A stretch of DNA of 64,000 nucleotides, from assembly GCA_020632535.1 (NCBI GenBank), contig JACKFJ010000003.1, positions 166,166 through 230,165 of the forward strand. Reading direction: 5' to 3'. The notes under the pieces are model-generated. The model was not told where the DNA came from. It made no database searches and worked only from the letters and a program-made list of their open reading frames with translations. Shown one piece after another: positions 42,500-53,122 of this stretch. How positions within the stretch are numbered: position 1 is the stretch's first letter; each line of letters starts with the position of its first letter. Source of the stretch: Candidatus Omnitrophota bacterium. GTDB lineage: Bacteria > Omnitrophota > Gorgyraeia > Zapsychrales > JANLHA01. The position numbers and the translations under genes were made by a program.

Positions 42500-43927
42500 A
42501 TGATCAACCAACCAAAAAATAATAAAATCTTCGTCGAGACGTATGGCTGTCAAATGAATGAGGCGGACACTGAGATCATTCGGGCTGTGCTTTCGAAAGA
42601 AGACTTTCAATTCGTAACCGACGAGATTGACGCGGACGTCGTGATGCTCAACACATGCGCTATTCGCGAGAACGCTCACCGCAAGGTCTACGGCCGCATT
42701 CATGACATTCGCCACCGACGCGCAGGCAAGCCTGTCACCATCGGCATTTTAGGATGCATGGCGACCAATTTGCGCCAAGACCTGCTCGAGAACAAAAACC
42801 TTGACATTGATTTTATCGCCGGGCCCGACAGCTACAAACGCTTAGGCGATCTTATCCGTCAAAGCGGCCTGCACGGTGAAAAACCTTTTGACGTCACACT
42901 GTCCGAATTCGAAACCTATTGCGACATTTACCCACAACACAAAACCGGCGTCAACGCTTGGGTGGCCGTCAGCCGCGGATGCGATAATTTTTGCACATTC
43001 TGCGTCGTACCTTATACGCGCGGGCGCGAACGCAGTCGTTCGGTCGAAAACATCGTTGAGGAAGTTCGCCGTCTGGCAATCGAAGGTTTTAAACAAGTAA
43101 CACTGCTCGGACAAAATGTGAACTCGTATATAGATTACTCACATCCCCAACAGATTGCTTCGTCGCCTCTAAATGAAACTCCGCGCAATGACGCGAAACC
43201 TCGAGACTTCGCGGATTTGCTCGACGCGGTAAGCCAAATCGACGGGATTGAGCGCATCCGTTTTACGTCTCCGCACCCTAAAGATTTTCCCGAAAAGCTC
43301 ATCGCCGTTGTCGCCAAAAACCCAAAAGTTTGCAAACACATTCATTTGCCTTTACAGTCCGGCAATACGCGCGTGCTCGAGATGATGAACCGCACGTATA
43401 CGCAACAGGAATTTCTCGATCTGGCTACAAAAGTGCGCGCAATGTGTCCTGATATTTTTCTGACCACTGACATTATCGTAGGTTTTCCGACGGAAACAGA
43501 AGCCGAATTTGAAGACACCGTCAAAGTCGTCAAAGATGTACAATTTGACGCGGCTTTTATTTTCAAATATTCCGAACGCAAAAACACAGTCGCATCCAAG
43601 CGCTATCCTGACAATATTACTGAAGACCAAAAAAAGAGCCGCATCGTCCGTCTCCAAGAGATTCAAAAAGAGATCACATACAAAAAAAATTCCGCGTACA
43701 TCGGCAAAACTTTAAAAGTCCTTCTTGAACACGGCACCAATAAATTAAAAAACGATTTTGTCGGCCGCACGGATGGCGGCCATCTCGTTCTTTTGCCGCA
43801 AGGAAATTACCAAAGTGGTCAAATTATTGATGTTATGATCATTTCCGCGTCCCCACATGCGTTAAAAGGAAATGTCATTTCCCCAAATCCATCGTCCCTA
43901 CAGCTCGATACAAATTCAAAGATTTAG
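42500..43927 (+). CDS. miaB: tRNA-2-methylthio-N6-dimethylallyladenosine synthase
   Basis: UPF0004 N-terminal domain (FVETYGCQMNEAD), radical-SAM CDNFCTFC and a C-terminal TRAM domain. A roughly 25-aa insertion (HPQQIASSPLNETPRNDAKPR) is present. Confidence 0.9.
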   Translation: MINQPKNNKIFVETYGCQMNEADTEIIRAVLSKEDFQFVTDEIDADVVMLNTCAIRENAHRKVYGRIHDIRHRRAGKPVTIGILGCMATNLRQDLLENKNLDIDFIAGPDSYKRLGDLIRQSGLHGEKPFDVTLSEFETYCDIYPQHKTGVNAWVAVSRGCDNFCTFCVVPYTRGRERSRSVENIVEEVRRLAIEGFKQVTLLGQNVNSYIDYSHPQQIASSPLNETPRNDAKPRDFADLLDAVSQIDGIERIRFTSPHPKDFPEKLIAVVAKNPKVCKHIHLPLQSGNTRVLEMMNRTYTQQEFLDLATKVRAMCPDIFLTTDIIVGFPTETEAEFEDTVKVVKDVQFDAAFIFKYSERKNTVASKRYPDNITEDQKKSRIVRLQEIQKEITYKKNSAYIGKTLKVLLEHGTNKLKNDFVGRTDGGHLVLLPQGNYQSGQIIDVMIISASPHALKGNVISPNPSSLQLDTNSKI

Positions 43928-43966
43928 TACATTATTTTTCAAATTTCATATAATATACTTGACGTC

Positions 43967-44476
43967 ATGACTTACAAACAAGGCAGTTCTAAGACTACAA
44001 AACAATCAGGATTCACTCTCCTTGAGCTGATCATTGTTGTTATTATTGTCGGGGTTTTAGCTGGATTGGCCTTGCCAAAAATGCAGATCATGATCCGACG
44101 GACATACATTACTGAGGCCATGCAAGTCTTTTCGATACTCCACGCGCGAATGGAACAGGCCTACACAATGGGTTCAGGAACTTATGTCACAATGTTTAAT
44201 ATCATGTTATCAAACGTAGATGACGCGTCGGGCCCATTGGCCGTCAGTCGTCCCGAAGACGCTCCGGGGGCACATTTTTGTTATATCATCGGTCCGGTGA
44301 CCCAAAACCGATACACAATACGCGCTTATATGATGGATAACGTTAAAACTCAATGCATTGGTGCTAATATCGGGACAATCATGACCAATCCTGATTTTAT
44401 ACGCTATGTCGAAGATCGAGATGCGAGGACTATTAAATATGATGGGTTTGGAATATTTAATGGTTATGGCGGATAA
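43967..44476 (+). CDS. Prepilin-type N-terminal cleavage/methylation domain protein
   Basis: QSG|FTLLELIIVVIIVGVLAGLALPK. Confidence 0.75.
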   Translation: MTYKQGSSKTTKQSGFTLLELIIVVIIVGVLAGLALPKMQIMIRRTYITEAMQVFSILHARMEQAYTMGSGTYVTMFNIMLSNVDDASGPLAVSRPEDAPGAHFCYIIGPVTQNRYTIRAYMMDNVKTQCIGANIGTIMTNPDFIRYVEDRDARTIKYDGFGIFNGYGG

Positions 44477-44588
44477 ACTGATCTTACATTAAGAAATTTT
44501 TCTAACTCCCATCGCTACACTATCCTTCGCGCTTTGCTTGATTTTCCGCACCAAATAAGCTATATTGACTTCTCAATAAAGGCACCCT

Positions 44589-45620
44589 ATGCAGACTAAA
44601 AAAGACATTACTCCCGAGGAACTTTATCAAATCTTACACAACGTAAGAGTTGGGGGAACCGTCTGTAAATACACGCTCAAAAAGTGCGAAGAATTTGTTC
44701 CACTAATCAATGAAATAAACCAACTCAAGGAAGAACAAGACGCGGTTATCCTGGCGCATTCTTATGTTTCGCCCGAGATTGTTTACGGTGTCGCGGATTT
44801 TGTCGGTGACTCGTACGCGTTAAGTAAGGACGCGATGTCGACGAATGCCAAAAAAATCATTTTCGCGGCCGTTCGTTTTATGGGTGATACCGCACAAATT
44901 CTTAATCCACATAAAGAAGTTTTGATTCCCGGACTTTTAGACGGTTGCACTTTAGCAGACGCCATTAACGGCGAGCAGGTTCGTCAATTACGCAAAGAAT
45001 TTCCGGACTACACATTCGTCTGCTACATCAATACAACAGCAGAAGTCAAAGCCGAATGTGATGTTTGCGTCACGTCAGCAAATATTTATGACATCGTCGA
45101 ACGCATTCCTAACCAAAAGATTTATTTTCTTCCTGACAAATTGATGGGTGCAAATTTAATCGTCGAAATGAAAAAGCGCGGCATTAAAAAAGACATTCAA
45201 TTTTTCAACGGCATATGTTACGTGCACGAAGAATATACCCCAGAACAAATTCATAAAATCCGCCTCGAGTATCCTGATGCGAAAGTCGTGAGCCACCCAG
45301 AATGTTCTCCGGCAGTCGTCGAAAATTCGGATTTCATAGGTTCAACGTCACAAATGCTTACATATATGAAAAAAACAGAAGCCAAAGAGTTTTTGATGTT
45401 AACCGAATGCGGACTTTCATCACGACTTGAAGTCGAATTTCCTAATAAAAAACTTGTCGGTTCATGCACCTTGTGTAAGTATATGAAATCCAATACGCTC
45501 GAAGACATTTTACGCGTGCTCAAAAGTCCTACGGATCGTGATCGCGTTATCCTTGATCCTAAGATTCGCGACCGCGCCTACAAAACCATTGAAGCCATGT
45601 TTCGTTACGTGGAAGGGTAG
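44589..45620 (+). CDS. nadA: Quinolinate synthase
   Basis: [11 protein letters not shown]...[29 protein letters not shown] and TECGL blocks. Confidence 0.9.
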   Translation: MQTKKDITPEELYQILHNVRVGGTVCKYTLKKCEEFVPLINEINQLKEEQDAVILAHSYVSPEIVYGVADFVGDSYALSKDAMSTNAKKIIFAAVRFMGDTAQILNPHKEVLIPGLLDGCTLADAINGEQVRQLRKEFPDYTFVCYINTTAEVKAECDVCVTSANIYDIVERIPNQKIYFLPDKLMGANLIVEMKKRGIKKDIQFFNGICYVHEEYTPEQIHKIRLEYPDAKVVSHPECSPAVVENSDFIGSTSQMLTYMKKTEAKEFLMLTECGLSSRLEVEFPNKKLVGSCTLCKYMKSNTLEDILRVLKSPTDRDRVILDPKIRDRAYKTIEAMFRYVEG

Positions 45621-45621
45621 T

Positions 45622-46758
45622 ATGGCCGAACAATCCTTTGGTATCGTTGAGACAAAATTCTTTACTTTTGCTGAGTCGCCGCACGAAATGACATTAAAAA
45701 GCGGAATCAAACTCGGACCGATCACTATTGCCTACGAAACATACGGTCAACTTAACGCGGACAAATCTAACGCCATTTTGATTTTTCATGCCTTAACGGG
45801 AGACGCTCACGCCGCTGGAATGCACAAAGACGCAAAAAAACCGGGCTGGTGGGACGGCATGATCGGTCCCGACAAGGCGTTTGATACCAACAAATATTTT
45901 ATTATTTCATCCAATTGTTTAGGCAGTTGCAAAGGCTCGACTGGTCCGGCTTCAATTAATCCCAAAACCGGCAAACCATACGGATTGAGTTTTCCTGTTA
46001 TCACTATCGAAGACATGGTCGTCGCGCAGCATAAACTTATTCAACATTTAGGAATCAAACAATTACTTTCCGTCGCCGGTGGATCCATGGGCGGTTTGCA
46101 AGCGCTCTTATGGACAATACGGTATCCTGATATGGTCAAATCCGTTATTGCTGTTGCGACCAATCATCGTCATACAGCTCAACAAATCGCCCTACATGAA
46201 GTTTGCCGTCAAGCCATTATGTCTGATCCTGATTGGCAAGCAGGGGATTATTATGGCAAAGCTGTTCCGGCGCGAGGCATGGCATTGTCCCGTATGATCG
46301 GACATATCACGTACATGAGTGAAAAATCAATGGACGAAAAATTTGGCCGCAAATTGATCGGCAAAGAAAAGCTCGGATATGATTTCTCGACGGATTTTGA
46401 AGTCGAAAATTATCTCAAATATCGCGGAGATAGCTTTGTGCAACGCTTTGACGCAAATTCATATTTATATTTAACAAAAGCACTCGACTATTTTGACATC
46501 GCCGATGAAGGTAACTTAAACACAGTCTTTAAAAATACCAAGTCGCATTTTCTCGTTGTGGCGTTTACGTCTGATTGGCTTTATCCTGCGTATCAAAGTA
46601 AGGAATTTGTCAAAGCCCTTAAGGGCGGCGGATTGGATGTGTCCTATGTCGAAATCAACACCAATTATGGGCACGATGCCTTTCTCGTTGAAATTGAAGG
46701 GCAGTCCCACTTAGTTAAGCACTTTTTAGCACGCATGGAAAATGAGCCTCCTGTATGA
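45622..46758 (+). CDS. metX: Homoserine O-acetyltransferase
   Basis: The start was moved to ATG 45622 ([10 protein letters not shown]...). [12 protein letters not shown], the nucleophile elbow [10 protein letters not shown], and the C-terminal GHDAFL. Confidence 0.9.
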   Translation: MAEQSFGIVETKFFTFAESPHEMTLKSGIKLGPITIAYETYGQLNADKSNAILIFHALTGDAHAAGMHKDAKKPGWWDGMIGPDKAFDTNKYFIISSNCLGSCKGSTGPASINPKTGKPYGLSFPVITIEDMVVAQHKLIQHLGIKQLLSVAGGSMGGLQALLWTIRYPDMVKSVIAVATNHRHTAQQIALHEVCRQAIMSDPDWQAGDYYGKAVPARGMALSRMIGHITYMSEKSMDEKFGRKLIGKEKLGYDFSTDFEVENYLKYRGDSFVQRFDANSYLYLTKALDYFDIADEGNLNTVFKNTKSHFLVVAFTSDWLYPAYQSKEFVKALKGGGLDVSYVEINTNYGHDAFLVEIEGQSHLVKHFLARMENEPPV

Positions 46759-47357
46759 GCATCAACATTGATCCCAAGACACGCCTCGATTATCGTGTCA
46801 TCGTAGATTTGATTGAACACGGATCCAAAGTCCTTGACTTAGGATGCGGCGACGGAGAACTTTTATCACTGCTTATTCGCTACAAATCATGCAAAGGGAC
46901 AGGAATTGAAATTGACGAAAAAGCCATCTATGCCTGCATCGCCAAAGGGTTAACCGTTTCGCATGGCGATATCGATTCAGGTTTAAATGAGTACGCCGAC
47001 AAAAGATTCGATTACGTTATTCTTAATGAGAGCTTGCAGCAAATGCTAAATCCACAAACCGCGATCCTCGAAGCATTGCGCGTCGGGAAAAAGGTCGTCG
47101 TCGGCATTCCGAACTTCTGCCACATTCAGGCACGTATCCAAATCTTTTTTCGCGGCCGCGTTCCCGTTACTAAAGAACTGCCATACGAGTGGTATGACAC
47201 GCCAAACTTACGTTTTTTTTCATTAAAAGATTTTAAGATTTTTTGTAAAGCCAACAGCATCAAAATCTGCAATGAACGTGCCATTGACACCGTTAAAGAA
47301 GTTTCGACATTTCCCAACCTCTTTGCCCACATCGGCATTTTCGTCTTAGAAAAATAG
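46755..47357 (+). CDS. metW: Methionine biosynthesis protein MetW
   Basis: [28 protein letters not shown], with a 4-nt overlap with metX. Confidence 0.85.
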   Translation: MSINIDPKTRLDYRVIVDLIEHGSKVLDLGCGDGELLSLLIRYKSCKGTGIEIDEKAIYACIAKGLTVSHGDIDSGLNEYADKRFDYVILNESLQQMLNPQTAILEALRVGKKVVVGIPNFCHIQARIQIFFRGRVPVTKELPYEWYDTPNLRFFSLKDFKIFCKANSIKICNERAIDTVKEVSTFPNLFAHIGIFVLEK

Positions 47358-47370
47358 TATCCCTATCATT

Positions 47371-47490
47371 GTCATCCCCGAATTCTTTTATCGGGGATCC
47401 ATGTTTCAAATTATGGATTCCCGCTAAATGATTGCGGGAATGACATTAGCTAATGAGATTACCACTTCGGCTAACGCTCCTCGCAATAGT
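47371..47490. repeat. REP-like palindromic cluster, copy 3, between convergent genes
   Basis: GTCATCCCCGAATTCTTTTATCGGGGAT, then GGATTCCCGCTAAATGATTGCGGGAATGACA, then ...GCTCCTCGCAATAG. Confidence 0.8.
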
Positions 47491-47508
47491 ACTCGCACTC
47501 TACATAAT

Positions 47509-47745
47509 CTAACTTTTAAAATGTTTGTGACTGCCGTCACAAAAGGGAGGATTGGCAGTGGCTTTGCATCCGCAGAAAATGACAGTTTGCTTTTCTGTAA
47601 AAGTAATGGTTTTAGGAAAAAAACCGCTTTCGCCATGATTGCCATCACAAAAAGGTTGCTTTTTAGAATACCCGCAGGAGCACCACGAATAACGACGGGC
47701 TTCAACTTCGACAGAATAAGGGTGATAGTGGTTTTCGTCTGACAT
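47509..47745 (-). CDS. CDGSH-type iron-sulfur domain protein (two CDGSH motifs)
   Basis: CSCGYSKKQPFCDGNH and CGCKATANPPFCDGSH. Confidence 0.85.
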   Translation of the reverse strand: MSDENHYHPYSVEVEARRYSWCSCGYSKKQPFCDGNHGESGFFPKTITFTEKQTVIFCGCKATANPPFCDGSHKHFKS

Positions 47746-47781
47746 AATAATTCTTACGGAACTCTGTGTGCAGTTAATAAT

Positions 47782-48018
47782 TTACAATTTCTTATGACTG
47801 CCGTCGCAAAACGGCTTGGCAATACTTTGTTTGCATCCACACCATGCAACTTTTTTCTTTTCTTCGACTTTAATAACGATAGGTGCTAATCCCGTACCTC
47901 GATGCGAACCATCACAATAAGGCTGATTACGAGATCCTCCACACGCGCACCACGCATATGTTCCGGGTTCAACCTCAATAACAAAAGGTGCTTTTTGCGC
48001 AATCTTGGGTTCTGACAT
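47782..48018 (-). CDS. CDGSH-type iron-sulfur domain protein (two CDGSH motifs), tandem paralog
   Basis: CACGGSRNQPYCDGSH and CGCKQSIAKPFCDGSH. Confidence 0.85.
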   Translation of the reverse strand: MSEPKIAQKAPFVIEVEPGTYAWCACGGSRNQPYCDGSHRGTGLAPIVIKVEEKKKVAWCGCKQSIAKPFCDGSHKKL

Positions 48019-48077
48019 ACGACCTCCTAATTTTTTTCTATTCTATCCTATTGCAAAATAGATTTAAAGCTTTTAAT

Positions 48078-49283
48078 ATGATGCCAATGCAAAACAAATA
48101 CGACTATTTGATCATCGGCGCCGGCATCATGGGTCTTAGTGTCGCTCGTTCACTTCGATCCCAATATCCCAAAGCCAGTATTCTCATTCTCGATAAAGAA
48201 GACGACTGCGCCTATCATGCCTCGGGACGCAATAGCGGTGTTCTGCACGCTGGATTTTATTACACCGCAGATAGTCTCAAGGCGAAGTTCACCGTCGATG
48301 GCAACCGTACAATGAAAGAATACTGCCGTCAAAAGAATATTCCCATCAATGAATGCGGCAAACTTGTCGTGGCGCAAAATAAAGCAGAATTAACCCAACT
48401 TTTTGAATTAGAAAAACGCGGAAAACGTAATGGTTCGAATATTCGCATTATTTCCGAAGCGCAAGCAAGTGAACTTGAACCAAATATTAAAACATATCAA
48501 AAAGCCCTTTATTCACCAGACACCGCCAGCATTGACCCTAAGCAAGTTTGCCACAGTATTAAAGGCGACCTTAAAAACCTCGACGTTCACTTTTTGTTTA
48601 AAACACAATATCTGCGGCACACAAACAATACTATTCACACGACACAAGGTGATTTTACCGGGACAAAAGTCATTTCCTGCGGCGGACTTTACGCGGACAA
48701 AATTGCGCAAGATTTTGGCTTCGGACACAAATATACGATGATGCCGTTTAAAGGACTTTATCTTAAGTACACCAAAAATAAAACCGACATCAAAATGAAT
48801 ATTTATCCCGTTCCAAATTTAAAGAACCCTTTCCTCGGCGTACATTACACCAAAACCGTCGGGGGAGACATCAAAATCGGACCAACCGCAATTCCAGCTT
48901 TTTGGCGCGAAAATTATCAAGGCCTCAATAATTTTAAAATTTCTGAATTCATATCTACCGCGGGATTTGAAAGCAAGTTATTTTTAACCAATTCTTTTCA
49001 ATTTCGCGAATTAGCTTTTGAGGAAATGCGCAAATACAATAAGAATTATTTTATTAGTTTAGCTGCCGCCATGGTTAAAAGCATTGATACCAAAGGCTTT
49101 AGCGAGTGGACCAAACCCGGGATTCGCGCCCAATTATTGGATAAAACCAACCTTTCACTCGTACAGGACTTTGTGGTTGAAGCTGATAAAGACAGCATTC
49201 ACATCCTTAATGCCGTTTCACCCGCCTTTACCTGCGCTTTTCCCTTTAGCGACTACATCGTTCAAACCTACATCGCAGCCTAA
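48078..49283 (+). CDS. lhgO: L-2-hydroxyglutarate oxidase/dehydrogenase (FAD-dependent)
   Basis: The start was moved to ATG 48078. YDYLIIGAGIMGLS, HASGRNSGVLHAGFYY, and collinearity with E. coli LhgO as I remember it. Confidence 0.8.
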   Translation: MMPMQNKYDYLIIGAGIMGLSVARSLRSQYPKASILILDKEDDCAYHASGRNSGVLHAGFYYTADSLKAKFTVDGNRTMKEYCRQKNIPINECGKLVVAQNKAELTQLFELEKRGKRNGSNIRIISEAQASELEPNIKTYQKALYSPDTASIDPKQVCHSIKGDLKNLDVHFLFKTQYLRHTNNTIHTTQGDFTGTKVISCGGLYADKIAQDFGFGHKYTMMPFKGLYLKYTKNKTDIKMNIYPVPNLKNPFLGVHYTKTVGGDIKIGPTAIPAFWRENYQGLNNFKISEFISTAGFESKLFLTNSFQFRELAFEEMRKYNKNYFISLAAAMVKSIDTKGFSEWTKPGIRAQLLDKTNLSLVQDFVVEADKDSIHILNAVSPAFTCAFPFSDYIVQTYIAA

Positions 49284-49372
49284 TTCCCACTAAATAAGTC
49301 GGATTACAACTTATTGATCCTTGACTTTTAAGGAGTTTTTGCTAAGATTAGCGTCTGAAAAGGGGAGGAAAT

Positions 49373-49933
49373 ATGATGGAATATAAAATAATGATTCAAG
49401 GGACGCCAAATCCTAATGCCCTAAAATTTGTAGTCAATACGCCTGTCAAAAATGCCGGAAATGTCACATATCGCAACGCGGAAGAATGCCACAAAAACCC
49501 ATTGGCGCGCAAGATCTTTTCAATCGCCAATATTTCCGAAGTCTATTTCTTTGATAACTATATTACAGTCACGCAAGATGGCAGCGCTGATTGGGACGCA
49601 ATTGAAGAAAAAGTCAAAGCGCTGATCCTTGAAAACATTGCGACACATGATCCCAATTTTGAGACTGATGAACCGGTCAAAAAAGCTATTCCAACACCGA
49701 CTGATCCTGAGTTGATCAAAATCGACGCCATCATTAATAAAACCGTACGCCCATATTTACAAATGGACGGCGGAGATTTACAACTCGTCGCTTTAGAAGG
49801 TAGTATTTTGCGCATCAATTATCAAGGCGCGTGCGGATCTTGTCCAAGCTCAACAATGGGTACATTAAAAGCAATTGAAAATCTATTGCGAGATGAATAT
49901 AACCCAGAAATTACGGTGGAGCTCGCGTCGTGA
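49373..49933 (+). CDS. nfu: Nfu/NifU-type Fe-S cluster carrier (Nfu_N plus NifU C-terminal domains)
   Basis: N-terminal TPNPNALKF domain and C-terminal GACGSCPSS. Confidence 0.85.
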   Translation: MMEYKIMIQGTPNPNALKFVVNTPVKNAGNVTYRNAEECHKNPLARKIFSIANISEVYFFDNYITVTQDGSADWDAIEEKVKALILENIATHDPNFETDEPVKKAIPTPTDPELIKIDAIINKTVRPYLQMDGGDLQLVALEGSILRINYQGACGSCPSSTMGTLKAIENLLRDEYNPEITVELAS

Positions 49934-50295
49934 CATTAGCAGAAAAGAAATGCGCTCCTTGTGAAGGAAAAGAGCAATCTCTCACGAAAGAAAGCGCACA
50001 AAAGCTTTTGAATGATGTTCCCGGTTGGAAAATGAGTTCTGACGTAAAAATGATTTCCCGTGAATTTGTCATGAAGAATTTTATGGCCGCCGTTAAAATC
50101 ATCGATAAAGCTGCCGTAATCGCTGAAGAAGAAAATCATCATCCTGATTTTCATTTGGTCGGCTACCGAAATTTGCGCATCGATTTAAGCACACACGCGG
50201 TCAAAGGTTTAACAGAAAACGACTTTATCGTCGCGGCAAAAATAAACGCATTGCCTATGGAATTAAAAACGCCAGAAGGAAACAAACCATGCTAA
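49930..50295 (+). CDS. Pterin-4a-carbinolamine dehydratase (PCD/DCoH, COG2154)-like protein
   Basis: GTG start overlapping the nfu stop. The C.PC...........L...PGW pattern and the EEENHHPDF core are present. Confidence 0.7.
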   Translation: MTLAEKKCAPCEGKEQSLTKESAQKLLNDVPGWKMSSDVKMISREFVMKNFMAAVKIIDKAAVIAEEENHHPDFHLVGYRNLRIDLSTHAVKGLTENDFIVAAKINALPMELKTPEGNKPC

Positions 50296-50756
50296 AAATT
50301 AACCGCAAAATTGAATACGCCTTGATCGCTTTAAAGCATATGAGCCGTAAAGCACCCGGCCAGTTGACGTCTTCAAAAGAAATTTGCGATATTTACCACA
50401 CACCATTTGATCCAATGTCGCGCGTTTTGCAAATTATGGCGCAACATGAAATTTTACGTGCCGAACAGGGAGCGCATGGCGGTTATCAGATTTTAAAAGA
50501 TTTATCCAAGGTCAGCGTGGGAGATTTGAGTGATATGATCATTGGACCAATTCAAATCGCAAACTGCTTCCATGGTGATTACTCTCATTGCGGATTAACG
50601 CATTCGTGCAGCGTTATTGGCCCCATGCTTAATTTGAACGAGAAAATCAGCGAACTTTTTCATGATATCAAAGTGTCAGAATTGATTGAAACGCGACATA
50701 TCAGCGAAAAATCAATCCGTGAAAAACCATTTTCAATGTCGCCACATCAAGAATAA
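50289..50756 (+). CDS. Rrf2-family Fe-S-binding transcriptional regulator (IscR/SUF regulator type)
   Basis: N-terminal wHTH (KIEYALIALKHM...) and the three-Cys cluster CFHGDYSHCGLTHSC. Confidence 0.8.
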   Translation: MLKINRKIEYALIALKHMSRKAPGQLTSSKEICDIYHTPFDPMSRVLQIMAQHEILRAEQGAHGGYQILKDLSKVSVGDLSDMIIGPIQIANCFHGDYSHCGLTHSCSVIGPMLNLNEKISELFHDIKVSELIETRHISEKSIREKPFSMSPHQE

Positions 50757-50768
50757 AGGACTATCCCT

Positions 50769-52244
50769 ATGCCTAAAGGCGAAGAAAAAATATTAAACGA
50801 AAAGACCATTCAAGAAAATACACTCTCGAGCCGTGATTATAAGTATGGCTTTTATACTGACATTGAGACGGATCGCATTCCCAAAGGCTTGACGGAAGAA
50901 ACCATCCGCTTGATCAGTACGAAAAAACATGAACCAGAATGGATGTACGAATGGCGATTAAAAGCATTTCGCCACTGGAAAACCATGACGGAACCACATT
51001 GGCCGAACTTTGATTATGGTCCAATCGATTATCAAGCTTTAAGTTATTACACAGCGCCCAAAACAAAAAAAGGTGGCCCAGTTGGCAATATCGACACAAC
51101 CGATCCAGAACTGATCAAAACATTTGAACGCCTAGGTATTCCATTGTCTGAACAAAAACGATTGACTGGCGTGGCTGTCGACGCAGTTTTTGACAGTGTT
51201 TCTGTCGGGACTACGCATCAGGCTGAACTTGCCAAAGTCGGTGTCATATTCTGTTCAATGACAGAAGCGATAGAACAGCATCCCGAGCTCGTAAAAAAAT
51301 ACTTGGGTTCAGTTGTTCCATATTCGGACAATTTCTTTGCTGCGTTAAATGCCGCGGTCTTTAGCGACGGTTCATTCTGCTACATTCCTAAGGGTGTTCG
51401 CTGCCCGTTGGAACTCTCAACGTATTTCCGCATCAATGCCGCGGAGTCTGGACAGTTTGAGCGCACATTGATTGTCGCCGAAGACAGCAGTTACGTCAGC
51501 TACTTAGAAGGCTGCACGGCTCCCATGCGCGATGAGAATCAATTGCATGCTGCTGTTGTTGAATTGATCACGCTTGACAATGCCGAAATCAAATACTCGA
51601 CGGTGCAAAACTGGTATTCCGGTGACAAAGAAGGAAAAGGCGGGATTTATAATTTTGTGACCAAGCGCGGAAAATGTGTTGGTAAAAATTCTAAGATTTC
51701 TTGGACACAAGTTGAAGCCGGTTCCGCGATCACGTGGAAATATCCCAGTGTTATTTTACAGGGGGATAATTCCGTCGGAAAATTCTATTCCGTCGCCTTA
51801 ACAAATAATCGCATGCAAGCGGATACAGGAACCAAAATGATTCATATTGGAAAGAATACCAAGAGCACGGTCGTTTCCAAAGGAATCTCAACGGACGAAT
51901 CCAACAACAGTTATCGCGGACTTATCAAAATCATGCCGACAGCCGACGGCGCACGCAATTTTTCACAGTGCGACTCAATGTTAATCGGCAATAAATGCAG
52001 CGCGAACACATTTCCGTATATTGAAGTCAAAAACAATAGCGCGGTTTTAGAACACGAAGCCTCAACATCAAAAATCAACGCCGACCAAATTTTTTATCTA
52101 CAGTCACGCGGTCTCGATTTGGAAGGCGCGATTTCACTGATTATTAACGGTTTTTGCAAGGACGTATTTAAAGAACTCCCGATGGAGTTCGCGGTAGAAG
52201 CCGTCAAACTTTTAGAAATGAAACTCGAAGGTAGTGTTGGTTAA
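50769..52244 (+). CDS. sufB: Fe-S cluster assembly scaffold SufB
   Basis: 491 aa with the typical SufB blocks [25 protein letters not shown] and [19 protein letters not shown]. Confidence 0.95.
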   Translation: MPKGEEKILNEKTIQENTLSSRDYKYGFYTDIETDRIPKGLTEETIRLISTKKHEPEWMYEWRLKAFRHWKTMTEPHWPNFDYGPIDYQALSYYTAPKTKKGGPVGNIDTTDPELIKTFERLGIPLSEQKRLTGVAVDAVFDSVSVGTTHQAELAKVGVIFCSMTEAIEQHPELVKKYLGSVVPYSDNFFAALNAAVFSDGSFCYIPKGVRCPLELSTYFRINAAESGQFERTLIVAEDSSYVSYLEGCTAPMRDENQLHAAVVELITLDNAEIKYSTVQNWYSGDKEGKGGIYNFVTKRGKCVGKNSKISWTQVEAGSAITWKYPSVILQGDNSVGKFYSVALTNNRMQADTGTKMIHIGKNTKSTVVSKGISTDESNNSYRGLIKIMPTADGARNFSQCDSMLIGNKCSANTFPYIEVKNNSAVLEHEASTSKINADQIFYLQSRGLDLEGAISLIINGFCKDVFKELPMEFAVEAVKLLEMKLEGSVG

Positions 52245-52363
52245 ACTCACAAATCTTAGTCGGGTGGCGCGAAGGGGAGTTCTCTACGCGCCCGCAGCGT
52301 AAGCGAGGACGAGTAGAGTCCCGCAGCGACAGGACCCGTAGCGACATAACGAAGGAAGGTAAA
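52245..52363 (+). other. GC-rich 119-nt insertion between sufB and sufC (candidate structured RNA)
   Basis: GGCGCG (52266-52271) pairs with CGCGCC (52287-52292). CCCGCAGCG occurs twice, followed by the related CCCGTAGCGACA. A GAAGGAAGG RBS lies at the 3' end. All other junctions in this array are 12 nt or shorter. Confidence 0.5.
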
Positions 52364-53122
52364 ATGATTGAAATACGCAATTTACACGCAGGCATTGAAG
52401 GCACACCAATCTTAAAAGGCATTAACTTAACCATTAATACCGGTGAAGTCCATGCCATCATGGGCCCAAACGGTTCTGGGAAAAGCACACTTTCAAAAGT
52501 CATAGCCGGACATCCTCAATATGAAGTCACCGAAGGTGAAATCATTTACGATGTGAACTTCAAAAAGGTCAATATCATTGATCTCGCGGCGGAAGAGCGA
52601 GCTCGCGAAGGAATCTTTTTGGCTTTTCAATACCCCGTAGAAATTCCGGGAGTCAACACCGCTGTTTTCTTGCGTGCGGCATTTAATGAAATTTGCAAGC
52701 ATCAGGGCGCCGACGAAATGGATCCGATCGATTTCGATGAATACATTCGTTCAAAAATGAAAATTCTCGAAATGGATGAAAAATATATCAGCCGCGCGGT
52801 TAATGTCGATTTCTCCGGCGGAGAGAAAAAACGCAATGAAATCATGCAAATGGCTGTTTTAAATCCACGTTTCGCGGTTCTTGATGAAACAGATTCTGGC
52901 TTGGACATCGATTCCATGCGCATTGTTGCTGATGGAGTCAACAAACTCCGCAACAAAAATAATGCCATGCTTGTTATTACCCATTATCAACGTCTTTTAA
53001 ATTACATCGTCCCTGATTTTGTACACATTCTTCAGGACGGCAAAATCGTTCGTACAGCCGGTAAAGAATTGGCTTTAGCCGTTGAAGAAAAAGGCTACGA
53101 TTGGTTGAAAGAAGGGAAATAA
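52364..53122 (+). CDS. sufC: Fe-S cluster assembly ATPase SufC
   Basis: Walker A GPNGSGKST, ABC signature FSGGEKKR and Walker B AVLDETDSGLD. Confidence 0.95.
   Translation: MIEIRNLHAGIEGTPILKGINLTINTGEVHAIMGPNGSGKSTLSKVIAGHPQYEVTEGEIIYDVNFKKVNIIDLAAEERAREGIFLAFQYPVEIPGVNTAVFLRAAFNEICKHQGADEMDPIDFDEYIRSKMKILEMDEKYISRAVNVDFSGGEKKRNEIMQMAVLNPRFAVLDETDSGLDIDSMRIVADGVNKLRNKNNAMLVITHYQRLLNYIVPDFVHILQDGKIVRTAGKELALAVEEKGYDWLKEGK

Noticed and set aside
42434-42715. 93-aa minus-strand ORF across the REP cluster and the miaB start. The same applies to the 47424-47705(-) and 47428-47742(+) ORFs.
   Set aside because: They read through palindromic REP-like units or run antisense to the CDGSH and miaB genes. 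This is a classic source of spurious ORFs.
45538-45621. The upstream Met of the metX ORF, overlapping the nadA 3' end.
   Set aside because: The N-terminal 28 residues have no MetX similarity and overlap nadA. ATG 45622, 1 nt after the nadA stop, gives the canonical MetX N-terminus. With only a 1-nt gap there is also no room for a SAM riboswitch.
52204-52503. 99-aa minus-strand ORF spanning the sufB-sufC spacer.
   Set aside because: It is antisense to the sufC start and the sufB end. It is open because of the GC-rich spacer, and no motif supports it.
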